DNA from: an uncultured virus (IMG/VR IMGVR_UViG_3300020247_000249)
Lineage: Duplodnaviria > Heunggongvirae > Uroviricota > Caudoviricetes
IMG/VR virus record: IMGVR_UViG_3300020247_000249
Strand: one strand, 5' to 3'
Length of the DNA stretch: 57,744 nucleotides
Position 1 is the stretch's first letter, and every line of letters begins with the position of its first letter. Made by a program: the position numbers and the translations under genes. Under the pieces are notes generated by a model. That model made no database searches and was not told the DNA's origin. It saw only the letters and a list, made by a program, of their open reading frames with translations. Shown piece after piece: positions 8,252 through 18,944 of this stretch.

Positions 8252-8680
8252 ATGGCATATTCAAAAGAAGTAGTAGACAGATTCGAATCTGTTCTTGCAA
8301 ACCCTAATGCTCACGGTGTTGGTCGCTTTGATCCTAAAGACCCAAACGTGGCAACAGGCATGACCGGTGCACCAGCATGTGGTGATGTTATGAAACTTGA
8401 TCTTAAAGTAAATCCAGATACTGATGTTATTGAAGATGTGAAATTCAAAACATACGGTTGTGGTAGTGCAATAGCAAGTTCAACTATGTTTGTTGAAATG
8501 CTTAAAGGACTTACAATGGCCCAAGCACTAGAAATAAAGGATAAAGACATAGCAAAAGCACTTGACCTTCCACCTATTAAATTACACTGTTCAGTTCTAG
8601 CAGAGGATTCTATAAAAAGAGCCTTACAGGACTGGGATGAAAAGAAAGCAAAACGTATGCATAACGGAGGGCCTGAATAA
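8252..8680 (+). CDS. iscU: Fe-S cluster scaffold IscU
   Basis: MAYSKEVVD, GAPACGDVMKL, FKTYGCGSAIASS, LPPIKLHCSVLAEDSI. Confidence 0.95.
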   Translation: MAYSKEVVDRFESVLANPNAHGVGRFDPKDPNVATGMTGAPACGDVMKLDLKVNPDTDVIEDVKFKTYGCGSAIASSTMFVEMLKGLTMAQALEIKDKDIAKALDLPPIKLHCSVLAEDSIKRALQDWDEKKAKRMHNGGPE

Positions 8681-8862
8681 TGCCTGTAAAATTTAAACCA
8701 TCACAAAAAATTAGAAACAAAACAACAGGCAAAACTGAAACTCAACACTTCTATATGAAATCTACGGCTACGCAAGAGCTTGTAGACTATATAGATAGCA
8801 GTAATGCAAAGCCTAAACTTATAGTAAAAGTAAAAAAAGAACTTGCTCGACGAGCAGTTTAG
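8680..8862 (+). CDS. Small basic hypothetical protein
   Basis: TAATG coupling to iscU; SD GGAGG. Confidence 0.7.
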   Translation: MPVKFKPSQKIRNKTTGKTETQHFYMKSTATQELVDYIDSSNAKPKLIVKVKKELARRAV

Positions 8863-9146
8863 TATTTAGATAAAGGTAAGTCTGCGTTAGCTGGCATATC
8901 CCAGACTTTCTTCTGTTCTACTCCTTTACGCTGTGCAAAACGTTTAGAGTCACAGTCATTACAAACGTGGAAGTAATTGTTATTCAACCGGCTTGAGTTC
9001 ATCTTTTTTAAATCCCTGGTAAATACAGTATCACAGTTATCACACTGTAGATGAACAACGGTTTTTTCACGGATATATTCGTGTGTTTTACCAAGTTTAC
9101 TTTGCCTAGTGTAACAAGTATGAACTTTTTCAGTCTTAATGAACAT
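8859..9146 (-). CDS. Hypothetical Zn-ribbon protein
   Basis: CDNC...CNDC pairs; preceded by TAAATA-N5-ATG. Confidence 0.75.
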   Translation of the reverse strand: MFIKTEKVHTCYTRQSKLGKTHEYIREKTVVHLQCDNCDTVFTRDLKKMNSSRLNNNYFHVCNDCDSKRFAQRKGVEQKKVWDMPANADLPLSKY

Positions 9147-9151
9147 ACTTG

Positions 9152-9197
9152 TATTTACTATTTTACATTAGGCTTATAAAATTATTGGCTAAATACA
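9152..9197. promoter_or_regulatory. Back-to-back late promoters (TAAATA on minus 9152-9157, plus 9190-9195)
   Basis: Divergent TAAATA cores between divergent genes; TGGCTAAATACA also occurs at 8184. Confidence 0.65.
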
Positions 9198-9228
9198 TTA
9201 GAATTAAAAGGATACTTGGAGTTAGTAG

Positions 9229-12200
9229 ATGGCACGTAAGATTGTAGATATTGGAGCAATAGGTAACGACGGTACCGGCGATAGTATTAGAGATTCGTTT
9301 CGCAAGGTAAACGACAACTTTAAAGAATTATATAGTTCACTAGGACTTGGCGAAAAACTTACTTTTATTGCCCTTGACGATACACCTACTACATTTTTAG
9401 GTCAAGAAGGCGCTGTTCTAGCTGTTAACCCAACAACAGACGGGTTACAATTTAAACAAATTACAGCAGGTTTAGGTATCACAATCGATGATACTTCTAA
9501 TTCAAACCAAATTATTGTTGCTACTGAGTTTAGTGAAATCTCAGGAGACCCTAGTCCACAACTAGGTGGTAACTTATCAGTTGCATCAGGTGGTAATACA
9601 TATCGTATTAAAGATATGGCTACTCCTGTTTCAGATGATGAAGCAGCAAACAAAGAATATGTAGATACAAAGATTTCAAGAGCGGGTATTGGTGCTATTG
9701 ATCCGTCAACAGGTAACCCAAATGTAGCATTTGGTACAATGACTGGTCCATTAATTTTAAGCAGAAGCCCAGAACCTGCAGATGACGAATTATATGACGG
9801 CTTGATTGCTGCAACAAAACAATATGTTGATAACGCATCATTCGGTAGTAAGGTAAACTTATATGTTGCTACATCAGGTCAAGACGAAAGAGTAGGTGTT
9901 AGTGAAGAACTACAAGGTAGAGCTCTTGCTTATGCTTATAGAACAATTGAAGCAGCACTAAAACGTGCTGAAGAACTAGTATTAGAATCACTAGACGACA
10001 TTGGACCTTATAAGAAGCAACTTACATTTAATAACGGTTCAGGTACTGTAACACTTTCAGAAATTGGATCATCACCAAGTTCAGGTATAGGCTTTGCTGG
10101 TACTGCAAGAATGAGTGTTGACACTATTACTATGAACGCACCAGGTGCTAACTATCAAGCAGGAGATATTATTACACTGCAAGGTGGTACAGGATCAAGT
10201 GCAACTATTGAAGTATTATCAACAGCAACAACACCAGGTGCTATTACAACATTTAAACTTTTAGCACAAGGTGATTACACAGTATTACCTGGAACAAGCG
10301 GAGTTGTTACAACTTCTGACTCAACTTTTGGTATAGGTGCTACATTTGATGTAACATATAAAGTAAACGGAATTGATATTACTAATGGTGGATCAGGCTA
10401 CAGTTTAGTATCTGTACGTGTTACAGGCGGCACTGGATCAACTGGTTCATTTGGTACAGCAGTTATTACAAGCGGAACTATTACTAGTATTGATATTGCA
10501 GATTCTGGTTCAGGATTTACAGCAATTCCAACAGTTAATGTTGACCTACCAAGGTTCTTGCTAAAAACAGATGGTTATCGTACAGACTTTACAGGTGACG
10601 TTTTAACTGATACTCCAGTAGCATTTAGAACAAGAGATCTTAGAGAAGGTTTATATTTACGAGGTGAAACATCTGGAGCACTTGCACAGATTCTTGCACA
10701 CGAAGGTGCATTAGATAGTTTAGGTAATGAGATTTTTGATGTAGATATCAAGTACGGAACGTTCTTAATTGACGAGCCTATTTCATACGGTGATATTACT
10801 AACCAAATTCAAATTGCAGTCCTTGTTGAAAGTGGAATTTACCAAGAAAACTATCCACTTAAGGTACCGCAGAACGTTGCAATCATTGGTGATGAATTTA
10901 GACGTGTTCTTATTAAACCAAGACAAGGTACATCAAGTTCACCTTGGGCGTTCCAAAAGTTTAGAAGAGATACAAATATTGATGGACTGACAACTGCTAC
11001 ACAATTGTACGGTCATCATTACCTATCAGATACAACACAACCAGTTTATCCTAAAGTTGATAACAAAGGTGCTTATAGAAAAGCAGCAGCACTTATCAAA
11101 CTTAACAAATCATTCATTCAAAGCGAAGTTGTTGAATGGATCGATACACAAATTGCTTCAAACACTGCACCATTTACTCAGTCATTTACATATAACAAAG
11201 TACTATGTAAACGTGACGTAGGATTAGTTATTGATGCTATGATATTCGACCTGAAGTATGGCGGATACAATAGAACTATTTCCGCAGGTTTAAAATATTA
11301 TCAAAGTGCAAGTGGAAGACTTGCAATTACTACACAGCTTTCACAAACAATTGCAGGTCTTGAAAGAGCGCAGACAGCGATTGATTATGTTATACAAAAC
11401 TTACCATTACCAGGAACAGTAACTACAGCAGTACAGATTATTGATACATCGTTTATAGCAGAAACAGGAACACAAGGTGTTGTTGCTGAACTATTTGATG
11501 CTATTGAAGATGTAATGGACGGTTCAGGTAGTGTTAACTATCCAGAAGAGAACGACAAGTTAGACGTATTCTTAATGAATGACGCTAACATTATTAGAGC
11601 TGTTACAGGTCAAGGACATGGCGGCTTTATGATGGTACTTGATCCAGAAGGACAAATCCTTGCTAAGTCACCATACTGTCAAGAATCAGCATCATTCTCA
11701 AAATCAATAAACAAGCAAACTTTTGCAGGTGGTATGTTTGTTGACGGCTTTGCTGGTAACTTACAATTTAGACACGCTTCATCGACAACAACTACAAGAA
11801 TTGAAGTAACAGGACTAGACAGAATACCACAACTACCTTGTTCGTTTATTGTTGATGATACAGTATTCAGAGTAAACTATGTTAGAGATTTTGTCTTTAA
11901 CAAAAACGGTTCTTCAGCATCATTTATTTTAGATGAAACTACACCATTTACTAGAACTGCTGGACCTGTTACTGCTACAATTACAAATGCTGACCCTGCT
12001 GTTATTACTTCAGCAGCACACAAATTACAAGAAGGTGCAGTTGTTAGATTTACAACAACTGGTTCATTGCCAACTGGGTTAATTGTTGGTAAAGATTATT
12101 TTGTTTCAGGTGTTAACTTAACAACAAACACATTCCAAGTAGCAGAATCACTAGGCGGCACATCAGTTGCAACAACAAGTGCTGGTAGCGGAACACACTC

Positions 12201-15200
12201 AATTGAAAGAATTTACGAAGTATTGATGCCTGGTAACAGATCAATGCTATCAAATGACTTTACACAAGTTGCTGATATGGGTTACGGCCTACTTGCAACC
12301 AACGGTGGTTTAACAGAAGCAGTTTCGATGTTTACATATTACTGTTATGCATCGTACATGTCACTTAACGGTGCGCAGATTAGATCCGTTGGTGGTTCTT
12401 CTGCACATGGTATCTATGCATTGGTTGCAGATGGTTCAGATCCACTTGAGGTTCCAACACCAACTTCATTATACAATGACCTTGCACAAACAGTTTACAG
12501 TTATTTCCCAAGTGCAGGATTTGCAAACACACAAGGTGGACTGTTCCTTTATGTTGACGGATACGACTACACGCCACTTAACAACTCAGAACTTGAAGTT
12601 GACCATGGTAATGTAATTTACAGATATCCTGTAACATCAGTTTCAACTTCTGATTTACCAGCAGGTGTTGCTAAACTTAATTTAACAAGTGATTCAACTG
12701 GTAACTTTGATGGATTGTTTGCTGTTATTCCAGACAATACTAAAATGTCGTTGCGTTCTAACTCGCAGGTTATGTTAACAGGTGAACTGGTTGACGTTGC
12801 TACAAGACCATCAACTGGTTTGATATTACAAGAATACACAGACGTTTATCGTGTTTTACAGTTTGAGTCAGCATCTGATTCAAGAGGTAACTATGAAGTA
12901 GAATTTACAGCAGCAGCACCAGGCGTTGGTACATTCCTTGCAACTATTAATGCAACAACAGCAACTGGAAACATTGCTACGTTTAGTCAAAATCATGGAT
13001 TAATTGTTGGAGACACTATTGTTCCAAGATCAACCGCAAATGGAATAACTGCAAGTACAACTTATCATATTATCGACGTTCCAACATATGACAGTGTTGT
13101 TTTAAGTACAAGTGCTGGAGGTTCAGCTCTAACACTAACGTCTGGTACACCAACTATTAAATGTGTTGTACCACATAAACAATTATTCAACTATAGATTG
13201 AGCTTTAGTTCAACTGGTACATTACCAGCAGGAATTACATCAGGTGAAACTTATTGGGTTAGAGAAGAAAACTTAACCGCAACAAACTTTGAACTTTCAA
13301 GTGTTATTAATGGGTCAACACCTGTAACTACAACAGATACAGGTACAGGTACACATTCAGCTATTATTGAAGGCTTGACTGTTACAACACTTAGAGAGAA
13401 CTACAACTATATTGACTTAACATTATACAAGCCAGGCGAAGCGAAAGCAGGTACAACAGAAACTTGTACAATATCTGTTGCATCTCCGGCTGTTATTACA
13501 AAAGTAACGCATAACCTTACACAAGGTGATCCAATTGTTTTCACAACAACTGGTTCATTACCAACAGGAATTAACACAAGTACACATTACTTTGTACACA
13601 CAGTTCTTGATGCAAACACATTTACAGTAAGTGTAGCATATCCTACACTGTCAGGTGCAGTACAAGTTGATACAACAGGTGTTCAAAGTGGAACACATTC
13701 ATACTATACACCAACAGGCGCCGCAGGCGATAGTTCATTTGCTATTGTTGCTGTTGCTCCTCAGGAAAGATCAAGGGTACAAGGAAGTACATTTGTATTC
13801 AACGGTGAAACGTATGTAATTGATTTATTTGAAGATGAAACCGTAGTTGGTAATCCTTGGGCAAGGGTTACACTTAATAAACCATTAGTAGATAGTCTTA
13901 CACAGTATGAAGCATCATACACAGTTAAATCTGCTGTAGCAAGAGGAACAGACGGTGCTAATGGTAAACTAACAATTAGAATTTCATTGACTCGTGTTAC
14001 ATCTCATGACTTACTTGAGATTGGTACAGGATCATATGCTGATACCAACTATCCAACAGAGATTTATGGACCATCAGTTAATGCGTTCAACCCTGATACA
14101 GAAACTGAAGAAAGAAACGTTGGACGTGTGTTCTATGTAACCACAGACCAATTTGGTAACTTCAACGTTGGACCGTTCTTTAGAGTTGACCAAGGTACAG
14201 GACAGGTTACGTTCTCAGCAGCGATTGCATTGAGTAACTTGGACGGTATTGGATTTAAGCGTGGTGTTCCTGTTTCTGAATTTAGTACAGACTCTGGTAT
14301 GACTGATAACGCTGTTGATACAGTGCCAACAGAAAACGCAACTAGACTTTACATTGAAAGACGTCTTGGTACCACACACGGTGGTGCTCCAGTAACATCA
14401 GCAAACTTAATTCCACCAATCAATGGTGGCTTTATGGCACTAGATGGTTCACTGGCTATGAAAGGCCCGATAGATATTGCCAATTACAAAGTTATTAATG
14501 TTGGTGATCCGACACAACCGCAAGACGCAGTTAACTTAAGAAACTTAACATTTACTAACTTACAAGAATTTTCAATCAATGACCTGAAAGCAAACGATAT
14601 ACTTGCATTTACAGGTAACGGTAACGATGCAATTAATGCAACTATTGTAGGTGATATTGCTTTAGATATTGACTCAACTGCAAACACTATTGATGCACAA
14701 ATACAGCCAGATGTAATTGTTAACGCTGACGTTAACGCTTCAGCAGCAATTGATCAAAGCAAGTTGAATATGACTGATGCTCAAGTACGTGCAAATGCAA
14801 CAGGAATTACACAGGCTAATAAAGGTATTGCAGCATTTGATAATACGTTCTTTACTATTACAGACGGTTGGGTAACAATTACAGACAGTACAATTACTAA
14901 AGCAAAACTAGAAACTGTTACTGGTAAAAGTGTATTAGGTAATAACTTACTAAGTGCTGATCAACCAGCAGACATCTTGTTTACAACTGTTGTTGACCAA
15001 GGTGGTTCTATTAAGAAATCACAATATAGTACAACTGGTTTCTTAAGAAGAATTAGTAGTTCAAGTAACACTGCTGATGCCGACTACAGCATTATTGAAG
15101 CAACTGCAAACGCAAGTGCAAATCAACTTGTACAAAGAGACGGCAACGCAGATGCACAAGCAAGAATATGGGATGCCACAAGTACTTTCAATATTAGTGG

Positions 15201-15885
15201 TAATACTGCTGTAGGTTATGGTACATCAGGATCTGCAAGTTATGTAAGAGTGTTTACAGGTTCAAGTGGTAGTGGTGGTTTATATTTACAGAACGGTTCA
15301 CTTGCAACAGACAAGAGAAACTTTTATGATAATGACTATCACCAGTTTAGAACACAGAACGGTGTATCACTTGCACCAGTTGAAGCATCATCAATTATTA
15401 CAACGTCATTAACAACTGGCGGTAATACTTCAGCAGGTACAGTAACAGGACGTTGGACATTAACAGGAACAACTCCAAGTGAATCAAGGTTTGAAGCAAC
15501 ATATGCAGCTGACCTTGCAGAATACTACGAAGGTGACAAGGAATACGAAGTCGGAACAGTGCTAGTATTTGGTGGTGACAAGGAAGTTACAACTTCTAAT
15601 AAGAAAGGCGATCCAAAAGTAGCAGGTGTTGTTTCGGATAGAGCAGCATATGTTATGTACGCAGCTTGTCCTGGATTTAAAAATCTTGTTGCACTACAAG
15701 GTAGAGTACCTTGTAAGGTAGTTGGCAAGATTGAAAAAGGTGATTTAATTGTGTGTGCAGGCATACACGGTGTTGGTACAGTAGCAGATGGCGATGTACG
15801 AGCAGGTACAATTATTGGTAAAGCAATTGAAGCATATGATAGTGATCATATAGGCACAATTGAAGTAGCGGTAGGGAGAAACTAA
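9229..15885 (+). CDS. Large baseplate/tail-fibre protein with gp9/gp10-like N-terminus and C-terminal intramolecular chaperone (peptidase G2-like)
   Basis: IGAIGNDGTGDSIRDSFRKVNDNFKELY; G/S/T-rich repeats; repeated H.L..G..V.F..TG.LPTG modules; ADLAEYYEGD...GTVLVFGG...VALQGRVPCKV. Confidence 0.85.
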   Translation: MARKIVDIGAIGNDGTGDSIRDSFRKVNDNFKELYSSLGLGEKLTFIALDDTPTTFLGQEGAVLAVNPTTDGLQFKQITAGLGITIDDTSNSNQIIVATEFSEISGDPSPQLGGNLSVASGGNTYRIKDMATPVSDDEAANKEYVDTKISRAGIGAIDPSTGNPNVAFGTMTGPLILSRSPEPADDELYDGLIAATKQYVDNASFGSKVNLYVATSGQDERVGVSEELQGRALAYAYRTIEAALKRAEELVLESLDDIGPYKKQLTFNNGSGTVTLSEIGSSPSSGIGFAGTARMSVDTITMNAPGANYQAGDIITLQGGTGSSATIEVLSTATTPGAITTFKLLAQGDYTVLPGTSGVVTTSDSTFGIGATFDVTYKVNGIDITNGGSGYSLVSVRVTGGTGSTGSFGTAVITSGTITSIDIADSGSGFTAIPTVNVDLPRFLLKTDGYRTDFTGDVLTDTPVAFRTRDLREGLYLRGETSGALAQILAHEGALDSLGNEIFDVDIKYGTFLIDEPISYGDITNQIQIAVLVESGIYQENYPLKVPQNVAIIGDEFRRVLIKPRQGTSSSPWAFQKFRRDTNIDGLTTATQLYGHHYLSDTTQPVYPKVDNKGAYRKAAALIKLNKSFIQSEVVEWIDTQIASNTAPFTQSFTYNKVLCKRDVGLVIDAMIFDLKYGGYNRTISAGLKYYQSASGRLAITTQLSQTIAGLERAQTAIDYVIQNLPLPGTVTTAVQIIDTSFIAETGTQGVVAELFDAIEDVMDGSGSVNYPEENDKLDVFLMNDANIIRAVTGQGHGGFMMVLDPEGQILAKSPYCQESASFSKSINKQTFAGGMFVDGFAGNLQFRHASSTTTTRIEVTGLDRIPQLPCSFIVDDTVFRVNYVRDFVFNKNGSSASFILDETTPFTRTAGPVTATITNADPAVITSAAHKLQEGAVVRFTTTGSLPTGLIVGKDYFVSGVNLTTNTFQVAESLGGTSVATTSAGSGTHSIERIYEVLMPGNRSMLSNDFTQVADMGYGLLATNGGLTEAVSMFTYYCYASYMSLNGAQIRSVGGSSAHGIYALVADGSDPLEVPTPTSLYNDLAQTVYSYFPSAGFANTQGGLFLYVDGYDYTPLNNSELEVDHGNVIYRYPVTSVSTSDLPAGVAKLNLTSDSTGNFDGLFAVIPDNTKMSLRSNSQVMLTGELVDVATRPSTGLILQEYTDVYRVLQFESASDSRGNYEVEFTAAAPGVGTFLATINATTATGNIATFSQNHGLIVGDTIVPRSTANGITASTTYHIIDVPTYDSVVLSTSAGGSALTLTSGTPTIKCVVPHKQLFNYRLSFSSTGTLPAGITSGETYWVREENLTATNFELSSVINGSTPVTTTDTGTGTHSAIIEGLTVTTLRENYNYIDLTLYKPGEAKAGTTETCTISVASPAVITKVTHNLTQGDPIVFTTTGSLPTGINTSTHYFVHTVLDANTFTVSVAYPTLSGAVQVDTTGVQSGTHSYYTPTGAAGDSSFAIVAVAPQERSRVQGSTFVFNGETYVIDLFEDETVVGNPWARVTLNKPLVDSLTQYEASYTVKSAVARGTDGANGKLTIRISLTRVTSHDLLEIGTGSYADTNYPTEIYGPSVNAFNPDTETEERNVGRVFYVTTDQFGNFNVGPFFRVDQGTGQVTFSAAIALSNLDGIGFKRGVPVSEFSTDSGMTDNAVDTVPTENATRLYIERRLGTTHGGAPVTSANLIPPINGGFMALDGSLAMKGPIDIANYKVINVGDPTQPQDAVNLRNLTFTNLQEFSINDLKANDILAFTGNGNDAINATIVGDIALDIDSTANTIDAQIQPDVIVNADVNASAAIDQSKLNMTDAQVRANATGITQANKGIAAFDNTFFTITDGWVTITDSTITKAKLETVTGKSVLGNNLLSADQPADILFTTVVDQGGSIKKSQYSTTGFLRRISSSSNTADADYSIIEATANASANQLVQRDGNADAQARIWDATSTFNISGNTAVGYGTSGSASYVRVFTGSSGSGGLYLQNGSLATDKRNFYDNDYHQFRTQNGVSLAPVEASSIITTSLTTGGNTSAGTVTGRWTLTGTTPSESRFEATYAADLAEYYEGDKEYEVGTVLVFGGDKEVTTSNKKGDPKVAGVVSDRAAYVMYAACPGFKNLVALQGRVPCKVVGKIEKGDLIVCAGIHGVGTVADGDVRAGTIIGKAIEAYDSDHIGTIEVAVGRN

Positions 15886-18080
15886 TGGCATATAATACAA
15901 ACATAACGCCAGGTAATCCACCACTTTTATGGGATAAGTTTAAAAGTGCATTAGATGAAGTCAATGCAAACTTTGTAACTATCGGTGCAACACTTGCAGG
16001 TGGCGAACAAAAAACAATTACTAATGCAACTCAAGCAAGTCCTGTTGTAGTTACAACTTCAACAGCACACGGACTTACTGACGGACAACGTGTAACTATT
16101 ACAGATGTAGTAGGCATGACACAACTAAATGGTAATACTTACTATGCAGATGTACTAACAAGTAATACTTTTGCTCTTTACACAGATGCAGGAATTAGTT
16201 CAGCAGTTAATGGCACAGGCTTTACTGCATATGCATCAGGTGGTAATACACAAGGTCTAAATGAATTTAGTACACTTAACTTAGAAGCACTTACAACTTC
16301 TGTTAAACCAGCAGACGATGCACAAAAAGTTTTAGGTGATGCTACACATAAATGGAAAGAAGTACACATTGCTGAAACACTAGCATCAGCAGGCAACGAA
16401 GACAACGGATTATACTTAGGTACGGCACACGTTAAAGGCGAAAGTGGTAAAGTTGATTTACCATTTGGTTCAACTATTAACGGTGACTTAATTATTGATC
16501 CAGAGAAAAGATATTTTAGATATATTAATTTAGATGACGGTGATATTGTTGAAGCTGATCATACTAATGATACTTTATCATTTTACGGTGGTACTGGTGT
16601 ACAACTAGTAGCAGGAAGTGATGCAGACAGTATTACATTTATTAACGATGGTGTAACACAAGCAATTGCAAGTACAGGTATTACAGTTAGTTCAGCAACA
16701 GGTAATGTAACAATTACTAACACAGGTGTTACATCTGCGCAAAACACAACTAACATTCCAGGCAGAGCAGCAGGAAGAACAGCAGGCGAAGGTATTACAG
16801 TTAGTTCAATAACTGGTGCTGTGCAGTTTACTAACACAGGTGTGTTAGAAGTACAACAAGGTTTTGGTATTACAGTTTCAACAGATCCTGCAACAGGTGT
16901 TGTAACTGTTTCAAACGGTGCTCCGGCAGTTCCAACATTCCAACAAATTGCTGTTGACGGACAAACTAGTATTGCAGCAGATAGTACTGCTGATATTTTA
17001 ACGTTTGAACCTGGTTACGGTATTGGTATTACACTTACTTCAATTGAAGATAAGATTACTATTGCAGTTGATCCGAAGATTGATATTACAGGATCAGTGT
17101 TTGCAGACGACTCAGGATTACTAGTTGACGGTGTTGAAGGTAAGATTGTTGGTGCAGTAGACACAACAAGTTTAAGAACAAGTGAATTAAAGATTGCACT
17201 TGGTAAAAGTACAGGTGAAACTAATCAAGGAAGTCTTGCAGTTGCGATTGGATACGAAGCAGGTCAAGAAAATCAAGGTGCAAATTCAGTAGCAATTGGT
17301 GTAAACTCAGGTGAAACTAATCAAGGCGGTGACGCAGTAGCAGTTGGTATTGACGCAGGTGGAACGAGTCAAGGAGACTTTAGTATTGCGGTAGGTTATT
17401 ACGCAGGTCAAACAAGTCAAGGACAAAACTCAATAGCAATAGGTTGGGAAGCAGGTAAAACAAGTCAAGGTACAACTGCAACGGCTGTGGGAAATTCCGC
17501 AGGTGTAACTAACCAAGGCCAAAATGCAACAGCAATTGGTGCAGGTGCAGGTGTTACAAATCAAGGACAAAATGCACTAGCAATTGGTGTAGGTGCTGGT
17601 ACAACAAGCCAAGCCGCAAACAGTATTGCAATTAACGCAACTAGCGGTGTATTAGAGAACACCACAGCAAGTAGTTTAGTAATTAAACCAATTAGAAGTG
17701 TAGTTGGAACAACTATGCTAATGTACAATGCTGCAACAGGCGAAGTATCTCATACAGGAAGTCCTGTAACTGATATTAAAGGTAGCGTGTTTGGTGATGA
17801 TAGTACATTGTTAGTAGATGGTGTTAGTAGTACAATACCAGCAGCAGTGCTAAATGGTACTGCAACTATTGATATTAGAGGTTCAGTATTTGGTGATGAT
17901 TCTTCCGTAGTAATTGATGGTGCAACAGGCACAGTTACAGGTAAGATTGCACCAAACAGTGCTGCTCCAGGTTCAGAAACAGAAGCAGCAGAAGTTGGTG
18001 AAATTAGAGTTGATGACAATTATGTTTATGTCCGCAAGAGTACGGGCTGGGGCAGAATTGCAATTGGCGGTTGGGTATAG
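15885..18080 (+). CDS. Tail fibre / adhesin with YadA-head-like 14-aa repeats
   Basis: About 10 repeats of AGxTxQGxxAxAIG; three DIxGSVFxDDS motifs. Confidence 0.8.
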   Translation: MAYNTNITPGNPPLLWDKFKSALDEVNANFVTIGATLAGGEQKTITNATQASPVVVTTSTAHGLTDGQRVTITDVVGMTQLNGNTYYADVLTSNTFALYTDAGISSAVNGTGFTAYASGGNTQGLNEFSTLNLEALTTSVKPADDAQKVLGDATHKWKEVHIAETLASAGNEDNGLYLGTAHVKGESGKVDLPFGSTINGDLIIDPEKRYFRYINLDDGDIVEADHTNDTLSFYGGTGVQLVAGSDADSITFINDGVTQAIASTGITVSSATGNVTITNTGVTSAQNTTNIPGRAAGRTAGEGITVSSITGAVQFTNTGVLEVQQGFGITVSTDPATGVVTVSNGAPAVPTFQQIAVDGQTSIAADSTADILTFEPGYGIGITLTSIEDKITIAVDPKIDITGSVFADDSGLLVDGVEGKIVGAVDTTSLRTSELKIALGKSTGETNQGSLAVAIGYEAGQENQGANSVAIGVNSGETNQGGDAVAVGIDAGGTSQGDFSIAVGYYAGQTSQGQNSIAIGWEAGKTSQGTTATAVGNSAGVTNQGQNATAIGAGAGVTNQGQNALAIGVGAGTTSQAANSIAINATSGVLENTTASSLVIKPIRSVVGTTMLMYNAATGEVSHTGSPVTDIKGSVFGDDSTLLVDGVSSTIPAAVLNGTATIDIRGSVFGDDSSVVIDGATGTVTGKIAPNSAAPGSETEAAEVGEIRVDDNYVYVRKSTGWGRIAIGGWV
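17205..17635 (+). repeat. Degenerate 42-nt coding tandem repeats (YadA-like beta-roll)
   Basis: Recurrent CAAGG.. and GCAATTGG/GCAGGT every 42 nt. Confidence 0.8.
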
Positions 18081-18090
18081 GAGCGGATAG

Positions 18091-18345
18091 ATGGCAAAAC
18101 TTACAGTAAACATTGGAACATCCGCAAACGATAGAACAGGCGATACTCTACGTGGAGCGTTTGAAAAAATTAATTCTAACTTTACAGAACTTTATGTTGG
18201 ACCACCACAACTAACACAAACTGAAATAGATGCACTTACACCAGTTTTTGGAATGATGGTTTACAACACAACAACAGGAAAGTTTCAAGGATACGCTGCT
18301 GATGCAAATAATGATAGTACAGCAGGCTGGGCAGATCTACATTAG
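18091..18345 (+). CDS. Small structural protein with gp9/gp10-like N-terminal docking domain
   Basis: VNIGTSANDRTGDTLRGAFEKINSNFTELY; GMMVYNTTTGKFQGY; SD GGAG. Confidence 0.75.
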   Translation: MAKLTVNIGTSANDRTGDTLRGAFEKINSNFTELYVGPPQLTQTEIDALTPVFGMMVYNTTTGKFQGYAADANNDSTAGWADLH

Positions 18346-18354
18346 GAGTGATAC

Positions 18355-18930
18355 ATGGCGATACAAACAATAAACATAGGTAATATTGTAAACGACGGGT
18401 TAGGTGATGATCTACGAACAGCGTTCCAGAAAGTTAACACAAACTTCTCAACACTAGAAACAGAACTAACAATTACAGCAACCAATACAGGTGCTAATGG
18501 TGTTAGTGTGTTTAGAGATAAAGTTGGTGCAAATCTAAACTTTAGAAAACTAGTAGCTGGTTCTAAAATTCAACTTGACGAAGGTAACGAAGCAATTATT
18601 GTTGCTAGTACTGCGCCAGATGCATTTACAAGAATCGATACAGATAGTGGTAGTATGTTGGCTAATACACACCAACAAATTACTATGGAAGGTACTAGTG
18701 CGCCACAATCAGAAAACGGATTCAAAGATATTGAAGTTACCGCTGTAGGCAGCACTATTAAATTTAAAACTATTGTACCGGTAACTGAATACTTAACAAC
18801 ATACGACTTTGGACCTGTTGGAGCTTCAGGGTTTGAAAATGCCATACAATTAGCACTGCAAGGATCTAATATTGATTTTGGTACACTAACGTATGATTCA
18901 GGAATCAATTTAGATGTTGGCGGTTTATAA
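18355..18930 (+). CDS. Baseplate/fibre protein with gp9/gp10-like N-terminus
   Basis: INIGNIVNDGLGDDLRTAFQKVNTNF; LNFRKLVAG. Confidence 0.75.
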   Translation: MAIQTINIGNIVNDGLGDDLRTAFQKVNTNFSTLETELTITATNTGANGVSVFRDKVGANLNFRKLVAGSKIQLDEGNEAIIVASTAPDAFTRIDTDSGSMLANTHQQITMEGTSAPQSENGFKDIEVTAVGSTIKFKTIVPVTEYLTTYDFGPVGASGFENAIQLALQGSNIDFGTLTYDSGINLDVGGL

Positions 18931-18944
18931 GGAGCAAATTCTAA

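Noticed and set aside
17205..17635. 42-nt periodic repeats as a possible CRISPR array or DGR
   Set aside because: Degenerate in-frame coding repeats of an adhesin; no identical repeats with unique spacers and no reverse transcriptase or cas gene
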